DNA of 63,085 bases, filler included, from Craspedostauros australis (lineage: Eukaryota), in the NCBI GenBank assembly GCA_030167865.1. It is 5 parts of 5 records of this genome, joined end to end, with 100 filler letters (N's around TTAATTAATTAA, not from the genome) between each part and the next. Parts side by side here need not be neighbours in the genome. Positions count along the whole stretch, not along the records: positions 38,307 to 53,973 come from JALAGF010003446.1; positions 54,074 to 60,115 come from JALAGF010003448.1; 3 more parts are not named here. One strand, given 5' to 3'. The notes beneath the pieces are model-generated. The model saw only the letters and a list, made by a program, of their open reading frames with translations, was not told the origin of the DNA and did not search any database. Both the position numbers and the translations under genes were made by a program. This document shows positions 48,001-58,897 of the stretch, piece by piece. The first letter of the stretch is position 1; the number at the start of each line of letters is the position of its first letter.

Positions 48001-48394
48001 GTGTTGATGGTCTGTGTCCTTTGTTTCGTCAATGACCGTGTTTTGTCAACAATCCTGCTTCGATGTCGGACAGCCTAATCTGATCCGCGACCAACACGAA
48101 CGCAATCTTCTTTCTCTTTCTTGTTCTTCGTTTTGTTGGATGTGAGTCGTGTTGAGAATGAAAAAGATGGAACGAAACCATTCACGAATTCAATCAACAA
48201 CGACGAACACTCCAACAAACGCATGAACGATGAGCGAAGATCCAGCACGACGCAACAACGGCGATGGCAACGCCATGGTCATGTGACGCCTCCTGTGTGT
48301 AGTGATCCCGTTGGTGCTGTGAGAAGATCAAACAGCGCAACCACGACAGTGGAGCTGTGCGCCCGAAGTGCAACTGGAGGCGAGCCCACAAGCG

Positions 48395-50458
48395 ATGCCA
48401 TCCGTCGATTCGCCTCTCGCCAGTTCTGCTGATCATGAACTGCTGGAGATTCTGAGCAACGAGATCCACAAGGATGGCGGAATTACCATGGCCACGGCCC
48501 TCAAGGATCACCTTGCGCGTCCAAGGCACGTTGACAGACTGCTGGTGCAAAGCATCGGGTCGAAGGGGTTGCTGACGTTCTGCCGAAGGTACCCTGCCAT
48601 CTTTCGTGTGGATACCAGCACCAACATGCATCTCGTCCACTTGATTCAGAACAGTTACGTCACCCTCTTCTACGCTGCACGCAAAAGCCCTATCGCGGTC
48701 GCGCACGAGGACAATGGCAGCAGCGAAGAGAGCAACAACGACACTCACAGCAACGTTGAGAAACAGCATCTGCTCGTTTGGGACAATGAAAGATACCACG
48801 ACAGCCAAGACAAGCTGTTGCAGTATGTCAGCATCGTGATGCGCAGGCGACAAGCCAAACTGATAAGGCGGCAGAAGAACCAAGGGCATCAACGCAGCAA
48901 CGGCCGGCCAGAATGCAGCCTTGATTGGTTGATCCGACAATGCAAAACGCCGGCCCACGCATGGCTGCGCGAAACCAACTTTTACGTCAAGCATTATGGG
49001 AGTTTCAATCTGCCAGCAGATCGAGCATCATCTGACGGTGCAATCAACGTGCGTGAACATTCACATCAGCCAAGCAACAGCGACTGCAGCAGTAAGCATG
49101 AAGGCCTCCACACCAGCGATGGCCAGCAAGAGCCGCGCAAGCAAGCGTACTGTCCGGTCGGATCCACGCAATGGGCAAAGGCAGTGTTGCCAGCTGTGAA
49201 GCGACTGCTGCAACAACACGCTCAAGAGCGATACGATATCATCGACGAGAGGAACCAGATCTGCATATCAGCAATGGCAGCGACCGTGAGAGCAACCACA
49301 GCAGCAGTTGCAGATGTAACATCCGAAGTGTGGGCAGAAGAGGAGGCGAAACGAGCTGCTGCCGTCATCATGGAGTGTCTGCGCCAGGATGGTGGAACGC
49401 AAATGAAGCTCTCCCTTCTCATCCATCGGTACTCGTCCGTGAAAGAATGCCTTGGCGGCCGGGACTTCAGCGGCCTCGTCAAGGCCTTTCCAGTTTTGTT
49501 TGATGGGTTGGCAATGAAGCAGATTGCAAGCGGTGATGTGGAGCTGCGCATGAAGGATCATCCCACAATCAACATGCGCAATGCCGTCCCAAAGAACGAC
49601 AAAGATAGCACATGCAGTGGCAGCATCTCGCAGGTCGGAACTTCTCACCAGCCTCCTGGCCACAGCAGGATGGCGGTAGATCATCAAGGCTTGTATTCTG
49701 TGACAGCATCGAAGTGGTCGACAGCCATAGCGAACATCATGGTGTGGAGCTGCACATCTCCACAATCTCCATTCCACAGCGGTGGCGGCAGCAGTAACGG
49801 CAGCGGTTGCGGGAAGTATGGAAAGGATGAATGCGACGAACCCCACCTACACCCTACTGTGGTCAACCAAAGAACTCCATGCAACGATGTTGTGGCGGTC
49901 GATCTCACAGCATCTGTCGGTGGCATGACTCTTGGATTGGCCAAAACAAACTATTTCCAGCAGGTCATCGCCATCGAGATCGATCCGATCCGCGCCGAAC
50001 TCTGTCAGCACAACATGACAAAGCATGGCTTCAGCGCCAGATCAGCGGTGGATGTGAGGAACATGGACGCCATGAGCGCTCTACCTGTGTTGGCAGACGA
50101 ACGCACACATGGCAAACACGACCAGAGTATGATCCTTGTGATGGATCCACCGTGGGGCGGCATCGATTACAAGCAGGAGGACGAGGTGCATTCCACGATA
50201 CGAATGGGGCGGTGGAGCTTGAATGAGGTGATCGCGAAGTGCTTTTATCACTTGACACCGGCCATTCTGGGACTGCGGCTTCCTGTGACGTTCGTCGTGA
50301 AGGACTGGATGGAATCGCTGCGGAAGGAGTTTGGTATCACACCTGTTGTGATGACAGTACGCAAGCTGGGTCCTCAGCTGTTCGTCGTCATTACCCTCGG
50401 CAAAGGAGATGGAGAAGTGGATGGAGGAGCTGATGTCACCTTCACTGACGTTGTTTGA
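48395..50458 (+). CDS. TGS1-like RNA cap guanine-N2 methyltransferase (Methyltransf_15-like) with a long N-terminal extension
   Basis: GLYSVT, SAM-binding VDLTASVGG, VIAIEID...LCQHNM, MDAM and signature MDPPWGGIDY. First ATG at 48395. Confidence 0.82.
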   Translation: MPSVDSPLASSADHELLEILSNEIHKDGGITMATALKDHLARPRHVDRLLVQSIGSKGLLTFCRRYPAIFRVDTSTNMHLVHLIQNSYVTLFYAARKSPIAVAHEDNGSSEESNNDTHSNVEKQHLLVWDNERYHDSQDKLLQYVSIVMRRRQAKLIRRQKNQGHQRSNGRPECSLDWLIRQCKTPAHAWLRETNFYVKHYGSFNLPADRASSDGAINVREHSHQPSNSDCSSKHEGLHTSDGQQEPRKQAYCPVGSTQWAKAVLPAVKRLLQQHAQERYDIIDERNQICISAMAATVRATTAAVADVTSEVWAEEEAKRAAAVIMECLRQDGGTQMKLSLLIHRYSSVKECLGGRDFSGLVKAFPVLFDGLAMKQIASGDVELRMKDHPTINMRNAVPKNDKDSTCSGSISQVGTSHQPPGHSRMAVDHQGLYSVTASKWSTAIANIMVWSCTSPQSPFHSGGGSSNGSGCGKYGKDECDEPHLHPTVVNQRTPCNDVVAVDLTASVGGMTLGLAKTNYFQQVIAIEIDPIRAELCQHNMTKHGFSARSAVDVRNMDAMSALPVLADERTHGKHDQSMILVMDPPWGGIDYKQEDEVHSTIRMGRWSLNEVIAKCFYHLTPAILGLRLPVTFVVKDWMESLRKEFGITPVVMTVRKLGPQLFVVITLGKGDGEVDGGADVTFTDVV

Positions 50459-52063
50459 TCTGCAATCTGAATGTCATCACTCGATTGGTATCGTCGACGT
50501 ATGGCATATGGACAGATAGTAGATTTCAATCGTACCAACCGATCCACCAAGGTTGTAGAGGCCAGCCATCACACGATTGGAGTTCTATTCCAGCTTCAAT
50601 ACCACCATTCCGTCGTCCATGTCCTGTTGAAGACATGAGACGCACAAGAAAAGGCTCGTCTCCAGAGCAAACGGCATTGAGCAGAACAGAGAATGGAGAG
50701 TTTCGCTCTCAGAGGTTCGCTTTTGGTGGGAGCTCCTGCCACCACGAATGACGTGGGCAAACGTGGCCATGGTCAGACAACATTGTATGGTACGTATCTC
50801 CCCATCCTTGCATCGCCGTCCTTGGGAGAGAATGCACGGGATATTCTCGGAAATCGACGAATACCCGCCCAGCTATCCAACATATTAGTACTCTGCACGT
50901 ACATGAAAGGGATGAGACGGCAGGAAGAAATGAATTGATGGACGGTCGCGGGTGTGCGCATGTGCCTGGGGAATGAACGATTGCGATCTTCGGTGATGAA
51001 ATGTGAACGATTGAACGGAAACAATTGGACTCACTTCCATCTTCTTGCCACTTGCTCGCGCCTTGGATCCGTCGATCAATGAGACAGTCAGAGCACTCGA
51101 GATTCTGCTCTGGTGAATCTTGACCCGTCCGCTTCTCCTTTCTTTTGCGGTCCTTGATGCTCTCACCCATCAAGTGGTAACCGTATCTGAAGATAGCACA
51201 AGACTGCCGCGTCGCTTCTGCCACACTCCTTGGTCCGACTTGACCAAAGATACGTACGAGTACCATACACGAGAGTGAATCTTGCCCTGGTTCACGTCTT
51301 GGTTCGTATCATTCCATGCTGGTACTGGTGAGATCCACTGGTATAATATGCATCAGTACAGACGAACACGAGTACAACAAACAAGTGTGTCTGAAGATCG
51401 CAGCTGTAACTCGTGTGTGAGTGAATCATACGAATGCATTAGATGACGCTTTGCTACTGACGAACCAACTAACTAACTTCGAGCATGCTGGTGGGATTGA
51501 TAGTGTTGCGCTTTGTGTCGTGTTGTATGAGTACACAGAGATCATCAGCTGCTATTATATCTTGGAACAGTCATGATACCAGGAGAAGCCGTCGCACTCC
51601 CATACTCGCACCATAGACATCCGAGGCCTGACAATTGCGAGATAGACTACGTACAATGGCTGCCAAATTCAGAAGTTCCGACTCCTTCTGACTTCCCCTG
51701 TGCACTTTGTATTCCTCATCTCCGTCGCGCGAGACCAGAACATGAGGGACGAAGCGGAGCAGCAATGGCGCACATTTGGGAAAGCCTTGGCACACCAACA
51801 GCATGGATGGCGGTGCGCCCACTCTACACGATTGTTCACTTCCATTCTCTGTTTGCAGTGAATTCGCTCATTCCTCTTCCTTGTCCTGGATCGAGGTTTC
51901 GTACGTATTTCGGGATCTCTTCCGTGTCCGTTTCTCGCTCCTCACTGGTGTTGAATACCAGTCGTCCTTCGTCTTGTTGCCGTTCGTTGTTGGCCTTGCC
52001 GATCCTGCGAGTATCCGCCGATTTTATGCCTCACATTTTACATGATATGAGCAACTTGGACTC

Positions 52064-52081
52064 CTCTCTCTCTCTCTCTCT
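52064..52081. repeat. (CT)9 microsatellite
   Basis: Seen directly in the sequence. Confidence 0.85.
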
Positions 52082-52470
52082 CCTTATTGGTAGAGAGACT
52101 GGAGAGTATAGTAGTGGAACTTGTTAGAGTACTCTGCATTCGTTTGTCGGCAATGAAAGATCACAGACGTGGCGCAACTGGAGGCAACGCTGCCTACTCC
52201 AACACTCAAGATGTGGCACGATGCAATGCCATGGTAATCAGATCTGTTGCCGAAGGTGATCGCTTCCGTCACTGGTGCCGATCTCGCAATGCAATCGTGT
52301 GTTTTGCCTGTATAATAGTAGAGCCATGTGGTGACCATTGGGTCGATCCCGTCAAAAGAGAGGCGAAGCAGTCTGTGACGGCGGGGCTTGTTTGCTCTCT
52401 GATCGTCATGCGCTGTTGTCATCGTTGCCAACATGAATTGCAGTGCTGCACTCTACCCTAATCGTATGCC

Positions 52471-52496
52471 CTCTCTCTCTCTCTCTCTCTCTCTCT
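52471..52496. repeat. (CT)13 microsatellite
   Basis: Seen directly in the sequence. Confidence 0.92.
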
Positions 52497-53344
52497 TGTC
52501 TCTGTGAGTAGAGAGACCATAGAGTATTCGCCACGTCCAACCATCGTACCTTGCGCTATGCTCAATAGCACCATTATTCACGACTCGAACGCTGACCACC
52601 AATAGCGAGATAGCATTGAATCGTGTTGGAGGAATCAAGTTGTTGGAGTTGACATGGCACGGACAAGAACAAGAACAACGACAGCAACGAGGAGCACAGA
52701 AAGGAGAACGAAGGTGGACAAGACGAAAGGAAAGGTCCCGTGTATCCAAAGGCAGAGAGACTGAGACAAGGACACAGACACAGAGAGGAAGAGGATGGAA
52801 GTGCGTCACCGCTCGCATGGGACGGCCAATAAATGCGTTCTGCTCCTGCCTCCTTGATCGAGGATGGGCATCAGTGACTTCGATGCAACATTGTATCGTG
52901 CCAAATTGATCGATGGCAAGATCTGTTCCACTCCTGCCCTCGGGACTACTTGTCGCAGTCGATGTCATTCACACATCGATGCGAGTACCAGCGTACGCAC
53001 AGCAAACGCAAATGCCAACCACACCATACGACGACGTCACATCAGCACTGGTGTTTACGTACAACTCTTTGATGAACAGACGTGACCGTGGCCAAACGCG
53101 TCCAACCCAAGAATCCTTGGGACGGATGTGAGAACAAGGCAGTCCACGCCGCCAAATCCAACTACCATGGACTGTTACAATCCACGATACAACATGATGT
53201 GGTGTGATGCGGTGTGACATACCACCACAGGAACCATTCGAAAGAGTGCTGCCTCGGGTTGAAGACAAGTCAATGTGCTCACAATTTCACAATCTCATCA
53301 ACCACAACGCACAACCAACCACAACCAACCAATTCAGGTCCCCC

Positions 53345-53973
53345 ATGTCACAACGCACCCCAACCCATTTGGTCGCCAGGAACATGAGATCCCACCATCC
53401 TGGAATCACCCGGCACATGGTGCTTGTCGCAAGCATGGCCGCTTGCGTCTTCTGCATTCTCCAACTGAACTGCACCATGCTGAAGCAAGTGCTGCCACGC
53501 ACGCAGTACTTGCGCAACATCTACGTCGTGTCTCCCAAAGAATACATCATGGTCGACGGCTCAGGCCAAGACATGCGGGCTCTCGCCAACAACTACGGAA
53601 ACAAGGACGACGGGGAGAACTTCTTCGTCTCTCACAGCGATCCAATCTTCGCTGGCACTCCCATCTCCACTCGATCCTTCCAGACCGTGCGTAAGACGTA
53701 CAGCACACAAAACGAAATCACCCAGCCGATGGCCGTCGTTCCCTTGCCAACTGGCTTCCAGGGCGAGTACAGACCGGAGACGCTCAAGGAATTCATCAAA
53801 CTCGCAAGAACCATCTTTGACGATTCCGAGATCGGCCGCTCCCTCCAAGCACGGTCGTCTCAGATTGAACAGCAGAACAACCTGCATGGCAGAGATTCGC
53901 CAGAGTACGCCATTGTGAGCATCTGTGTCGGAATGGATCTGTGCGACATCTCCAAGCGCAACCACCAGCACTA
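53345..53973 (+). CDS. Type II membrane protein, possibly a GT34 (GMA12/MNN10-like) glycosyltransferase; truncated by a linker
   Basis: TM segment MVLVASMAACVFCILQL, a stem, then YAIVSIC...ISKRNHQH(Y), resembling the S..N...YA..HGY start of GT34 domains. The rest is missing. Confidence 0.5.
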
Positions 53974-54073
53974 NNNNNNNNNNNNNNNNNNNNNNNNNNN
54001 NNNNNNNNNNNNNNNNNTTAATTAATTAANNNNNNNNNNNNNNNNNNNNNNNNNNNNNNNNNNNNNNNNNNNN
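53974..54073. other. Artificial contig linker
   Basis: N44-TTAATTAATTAA-N44. Confidence 0.97.
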
Positions 54074-54124
54074 TATTGCTGTTGGCACTGGTACAGGTGC
54101 AGGTACGTGCGGAATGATGCTCTC

Positions 54125-57100
54125 TCATGCTTCCTCATCTGATGATCCGTCATACATTGACAGCGGTTGCTTCGTGCCGGGCGGTTGGATGTCGCTGACC
54201 ATCTTCCACGGGCTATGCTCCATCAATGCCGCATCCTGCGTCGCTGCTCCCTTCCTCATGAGTGCGAAGGACATTTGGTGCATCACACCATCCACGTAGC
54301 ACTTACCCAGCGACAGCGTTGAGAACACACCGTAATGACCAGTGATGATACCCTCGTCCACCACAGCTCCATCAGCAAATGTCACCAGCGGAGCTTCGTA
54401 GATGCGAAAACCGAAGTACAGCATCTTTCCTTGGATAGTCGCCCCTCTGAATTGCAGCAGAGCGTTCATCATTGGTGTGCCCCAAAGAATGGATTCGAAG
54501 GACCATTCCTCGAAGAAGAAGCCGTAGGACATGTACGCCGAGTACAGCGAAACGGACCATGGCTCTCCACGTTGGACGCCTCCGATAAGCGAGATAACCT
54601 CGATCACACGAAGGAGAACGAGCCAGACGATGGCCTGGACGACAATGGACACAACGACGATGACGGGGGCCGCGGCCAGTGGTGCTTCTGTTTTCATCAT
54701 GATTGACATCAGCTCATATGACGGGATGAGGCTCGCCGCCACTATCACCACCATGATGGCATGCGCCAGCGTGTTGTTGACGGTCATGAGTGCCAATCTC
54801 CACGTGGGGAGAGGCACGTTGCTTGGATGGTGGTCCTCGTTGATCATATCACTCGTGACGTGCGTACTCGGCAACACCAACGATCTGTCGATGGTCACGC
54901 CAGGGCCGCATGTCAGCGCCATGCCAACGCTGCTATCCGTGACCTTGGTTCTCTTGTACTGACCGCCCTCCTCGACATCGAAGTCGCAAAAGGAGATGAA
55001 GGATCGTCGGACCGTGATCAGATCCAGCTTCGATGGAGGGAAGGTAGTCACTCCCGCCCTCGATCTCATGTCGATATCCATGCCGTGTGCCATCAGGACG
55101 AGGTTCCACAGTTGCGAGTAGAATGTCAGGTCGAGGAGCAACATTGTTCCGACGAAGAAGTGGAAGTTGCATGCCCAGTCGGCGAACTTGGAGAACGTTC
55201 CTGTTCGTGCTGCACCCGGCCGTTTCTTGCCGATCAGCACCCACTTGAGGATGACGCTGGTGATCACGAAGAAGATGGACGTCAGGCCAAAGAGCGCGAT
55301 CCTGTAGATGATAGGGGAGTATCTCCATTCCGGAAGCTTATTCCCGACCAACTGATCGGCAGCCACGAAGCAACTGAAGGCGAAGTACAGCTCGATGGCG
55401 AGCCACATGACTTTCATCATTCCCAACACGGTCGATGAACCGGTGGATGTAGCGGATGTCATGTCCTCACTCGCTGTTTCGATTGCGGATTCTTCATCGC
55501 CATCTGGGAGGGCTGCCGAAGGAGCATCGACGAATGCTGGGTTGCCCTTGATTGTGGTGTTCGGGGGTGCCTGAGCGCCTTCCACCAGCACCGACACGCG
55601 CTGTACCTGGCAGCCGGAGCCGATGCTAGTTCCAGGGAGCAAGGCGCCATCGACTGTGGCGTCTGATCCAACCTGAATCTTGCGGAACTTCACGCTGGGA
55701 CCTTGCTGCTCATTTCTCCATGGGCCGAACACACGGCATCGGATGTTCATGTTGATCGTGGCGTTTGCACCAATCTTCACCAAATCGAACTCTCGGATGG
55801 TCCCGTTCACGCTGGCTGACCTGTGGATGTTGGCACCCATCAGGTAGTAGAACATCATCATCAAAGGCGTGCCGGCGATGATGCAGCCAACGAAGCGTTC
55901 CCATACATGCACCAACCGATCGACGAACCACCATCTGATGAAGTAAATATTGGTCTGATTGGCGTATCCTTCTGCGTATCTGCCAATGACGATCCACTTC
56001 GAGAGGACGATCGCGGAGGTGAACGCAATGGCCCAGACTGGAACGATCAAAGGGAACAGCACCCACTCAAGACCGGGGAGGACGTTGGAGTCGGCGATGG
56101 CCTTTCCAACTTCATACGCTGGGATGATGGGGAGCGCGAAGATGACGAGCATGATGAACGCGCCGATGGCTTGGGTGATGGCGACGGCGGCTTGAGAGAG
56201 TGGCTTCTCGTTGGGGAAAGTCACAAGCCTCTTGAGGGTTGGGAGGTTGGTTGGTAGAGGCAGCCCCGTTGATGCCTCAAGGAAGGCTCTTAGATCCACA
56301 ACTTTTGGAAACAGTTGGAAGACGTTTGAAGGGAGGACTTTGTTGTATCGTTGAGAGAGGGACTGGCGGAGCTCCAACTCCATCATGGAGGACAGTCCAA
56401 CATCCTTCCATTCATCGTCGGGGTGGACGCCTGATCTCGTGACGTTCTCGATGATCTCATGGAAGTCCATGTCGTTGATGTTCCAGTCTTCCATCGCGGA
56501 CTTCCTCAACGATAGGTGCGAGGATTGAGCTGCCGTGCCAACATCGTGCGCGCTGAAAAAGTGCGATGTCCCGGCCACATCTAGCACTATCTTCTGCGTT
56601 CCATCATGAAGGCGCTGGCGGTTGTGGCGTCTCTGGATCTTGCCGCTTGTTGTTTTGGAGATGGTCCGTTCCTCCACAGCGACGACTGATGCCGGTGTCA
56701 ACCCGATCTGGTCAACGACGGCCTTCTTGATCTGTTGGCAGATGCTTTCGACGTCATCTGTATCTGCTGAACGGATCTCAAACACGATCTCCAACTGCCC
56801 ATCGTTGTCGGTGTCGTCGGATGAAAAAGCAGCGATGCAGCCTGGACGGACAGCAGATGATGCATCTTCCACAGCTTGTTCGATGTCTTGCGGGTAGTAG
56901 TTGACACCATTGACGATTATGATGTCCTTCTTGCGGCCGCAGATGTAGAGATAATCGTCTTGGTAGAATCCGTAGTCACCTGTTCGCAAGTATACCTTGC
57001 TATCGGCATCTGCATCGGATGGTGTGGTCTCCTGCAGTCTGCCTTGGAATGTTTCGGCAGTGAGCTGTGGCTGATTGTAGTATCCAGCGGCAACGGATGC

Positions 57101-58693
57101 TCCCGCGATCCAGATCTCTCCCGTGACGTTGTCAGAGACCTGCGAGCAGGTGTCCGGGTCCACAATGATGATGTCTACCAAACTGTGCAGATTGCTGCGT
57201 TGGGCGATGGCCACAAATGGGTGGAGATCTTCATCTGGTCGGACGGTCGACAGATGGAATCCAAAATTGAAGCTTGCTCCAACCACGTTCTCGGCCAGAC
57301 CGTATCCAGCCATGAACCAGTCCTCGCACAACCCGTGCGGGCAGAAGGCCTTCGAGAATGATTCGTTCGTATCAAGCCGGATTGGCTCCGCGGCATTTTG
57401 CAGCTCGAATATACTTGAGAGATCAAGGTTGGGGATGGGATTGGACTTGCCATGTTTTGCTCGTGTCTTCGCCTCGTTGAACTTGCGGACGACCAGTCGA
57501 AACGCGAAGTCGGGGGCGGCGCTGAAATGGCACTTGTGCTGTGACATGAGATCGACCCAGAGCAATGGGTTGCGGATGAAGGAAACCGGCGAAATCATGT
57601 GGACTCTCGAACTCGATGCCAGTGGCGCAATCACCATTTGGATGAGGCCCATGTCATGATACTGCGGCAGCCATGAAAATGTGGAGAACCGCTCCGGAAG
57701 TTGCTTGCCGCTTGTACCCTTGTCGAAGCAAGTGAGCCAACTGCTGTGCAGCAGCTCGATGTTGGCCCTCACTGCGTCATATGTCACCATCACACCCTTC
57801 GGGTTGCCGGTGCTTCCAGACGTGTACTGAAGGAAAGCCAGATCCGAGCCTTGGATGTTCGGCTCATCAAAGGAAGGTGGTGGCGACGACGAGCGGCCAG
57901 ACAGGAGGCTGGACAGGAATCCTTTCTTTGCCTGCTTGGGGCCGGCCTTGCTCTTGCCGCTTCTCCTGTCGACCAAGAACGGATCATGATGGATGACGCG
58001 ATCGGTCACTTGGTACTTCACCCCGCTTGGCCACATGGATCGGCTCTTGGATGCCGGATTTGCGCGATCGGCGAGACGCAGCAGGTTGATGGTCGTCTGG
58101 GTGAGAATGACTGCCGGGGAGCAATCCTCGATCACCTTGTTCATCTTCGCGAGTGACTTGACGAGCGGTGGTCCTGGAGGATAGACCAACACAGCAGTCA
58201 CGCCTGCGCGGAGGCATCCCAGAAAGATGGCGAAGAAGTGCAGTCCGAAGTCGTAGCAGAGCACGACGCGATCGCCTTTCTTGACGTCCCACTTGTTGCG
58301 GAGGAGATGGGCGCATTGTCCCGCTTCATCCCAGAGCTGCTGGAAGGTGTAGTTGTTGATTGCCTTTCCCTTGTCGTTGTACCAAGTGGAGAAGACGGTG
58401 TCGGACTTGAGTTCGACGATGAACTTGAGATGGTCGATGAAAGAGTTATCCTTGATGGACTGTTGGATGATTTCGTGCTCAGTGGCGTTGGTGTTAGCGG
58501 TAGGGCTGGCTGTGCGGTTAGCTGCGGCGTTGCTGGTGCCGGTCTCGATGTCATCGACAGCGGCGTCGTTGTTTTGGTGTTTGGAATGGTTGGCCTTTGC
58601 TGGTGGCGCACTCATGGGGATGGCGTTGCCGACAACGTCGATGGTGGCGGCGCTTCGGACGCCGGAGGAATGAGTTGAGGTAGTCACGTCCAT
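54125..58693 (-). CDS. NRPS-like protein: fatty acyl-AMP ligase (FAAL) + carrier protein + Pls/PosA-type terminal region (three TM-pair/left-handed beta-helix modules)
   Basis: FAAL motifs AFLQYTSGSTGNPKGV, SWLPQYHDMGLI, SAAPDFAF, NAAEPI, GYGLAENVV, YLRTGD, GRKKDIIIVNGVNYYPQDIE and KTTSGKIQR. Carrier motif DVGLSSM (~56390). Terminal motifs KWIVIGRY, RWWFVDRL, GTPL...MGANI, DLVKIG, IKGNPA, KWVLIGKKRPG and WGTPM...RGATI...ITGH. Intronless; ATG at 58693. Confidence 0.88.
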   Translation of the reverse strand: MDVTTSTHSSGVRSAATIDVVGNAIPMSAPPAKANHSKHQNNDAAVDDIETGTSNAAANRTASPTANTNATEHEIIQQSIKDNSFIDHLKFIVELKSDTVFSTWYNDKGKAINNYTFQQLWDEAGQCAHLLRNKWDVKKGDRVVLCYDFGLHFFAIFLGCLRAGVTAVLVYPPGPPLVKSLAKMNKVIEDCSPAVILTQTTINLLRLADRANPASKSRSMWPSGVKYQVTDRVIHHDPFLVDRRSGKSKAGPKQAKKGFLSSLLSGRSSSPPPSFDEPNIQGSDLAFLQYTSGSTGNPKGVMVTYDAVRANIELLHSSWLTCFDKGTSGKQLPERFSTFSWLPQYHDMGLIQMVIAPLASSSRVHMISPVSFIRNPLLWVDLMSQHKCHFSAAPDFAFRLVVRKFNEAKTRAKHGKSNPIPNLDLSSIFELQNAAEPIRLDTNESFSKAFCPHGLCEDWFMAGYGLAENVVGASFNFGFHLSTVRPDEDLHPFVAIAQRSNLHSLVDIIIVDPDTCSQVSDNVTGEIWIAGASVAAGYYNQPQLTAETFQGRLQETTPSDADADSKVYLRTGDYGFYQDDYLYICGRKKDIIIVNGVNYYPQDIEQAVEDASSAVRPGCIAAFSSDDTDNDGQLEIVFEIRSADTDDVESICQQIKKAVVDQIGLTPASVVAVEERTISKTTSGKIQRRHNRQRLHDGTQKIVLDVAGTSHFFSAHDVGTAAQSSHLSLRKSAMEDWNINDMDFHEIIENVTRSGVHPDDEWKDVGLSSMMELELRQSLSQRYNKVLPSNVFQLFPKVVDLRAFLEASTGLPLPTNLPTLKRLVTFPNEKPLSQAAVAITQAIGAFIMLVIFALPIIPAYEVGKAIADSNVLPGLEWVLFPLIVPVWAIAFTSAIVLSKWIVIGRYAEGYANQTNIYFIRWWFVDRLVHVWERFVGCIIAGTPLMMMFYYLMGANIHRSASVNGTIREFDLVKIGANATINMNIRCRVFGPWRNEQQGPSVKFRKIQVGSDATVDGALLPGTSIGSGCQVQRVSVLVEGAQAPPNTTIKGNPAFVDAPSAALPDGDEESAIETASEDMTSATSTGSSTVLGMMKVMWLAIELYFAFSCFVAADQLVGNKLPEWRYSPIIYRIALFGLTSIFFVITSVILKWVLIGKKRPGAARTGTFSKFADWACNFHFFVGTMLLLDLTFYSQLWNLVLMAHGMDIDMRSRAGVTTFPPSKLDLITVRRSFISFCDFDVEEGGQYKRTKVTDSSVGMALTCGPGVTIDRSLVLPSTHVTSDMINEDHHPSNVPLPTWRLALMTVNNTLAHAIMVVIVAASLIPSYELMSIMMKTEAPLAAAPVIVVVSIVVQAIVWLVLLRVIEVISLIGGVQRGEPWSVSLYSAYMSYGFFFEEWSFESILWGTPMMNALLQFRGATIQGKMLYFGFRIYEAPLVTFADGAVVDEGIITGHYGVFSTLSLGKCYVDGVMHQMSFALMRKGAATQDAALMEHSPWKMVSDIQPPGTKQPLSMYDGSSDEEA

Positions 58694-58883
58694 GTTGCTA
58701 ATATGCGCGAAGTTGTGCAGATTCTGATGCTGTTGGTCTATGTCGACGAGTATGTTGATAGTTGTGGTTGAGCACTTGTGGTTTGTTGATTGTGTGAGCT
58801 GACGGTGTGTCGGTTCCAAATTCCCAGGTGGCAAACACGATGATCAGCGATCACCATCGAACGGCAGAGCATTGACTGCGTGC

Positions 58884-58897
58884 TACTCGTACGAGTA
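58884..58897. promoter_or_regulatory. Perfect 14-bp palindrome TACTCGTACGAGTA ~190 bp upstream of the FAAL-ACP-Pls gene
   Basis: The palindrome is seen directly; a regulatory role is inference only. Confidence 0.3.
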
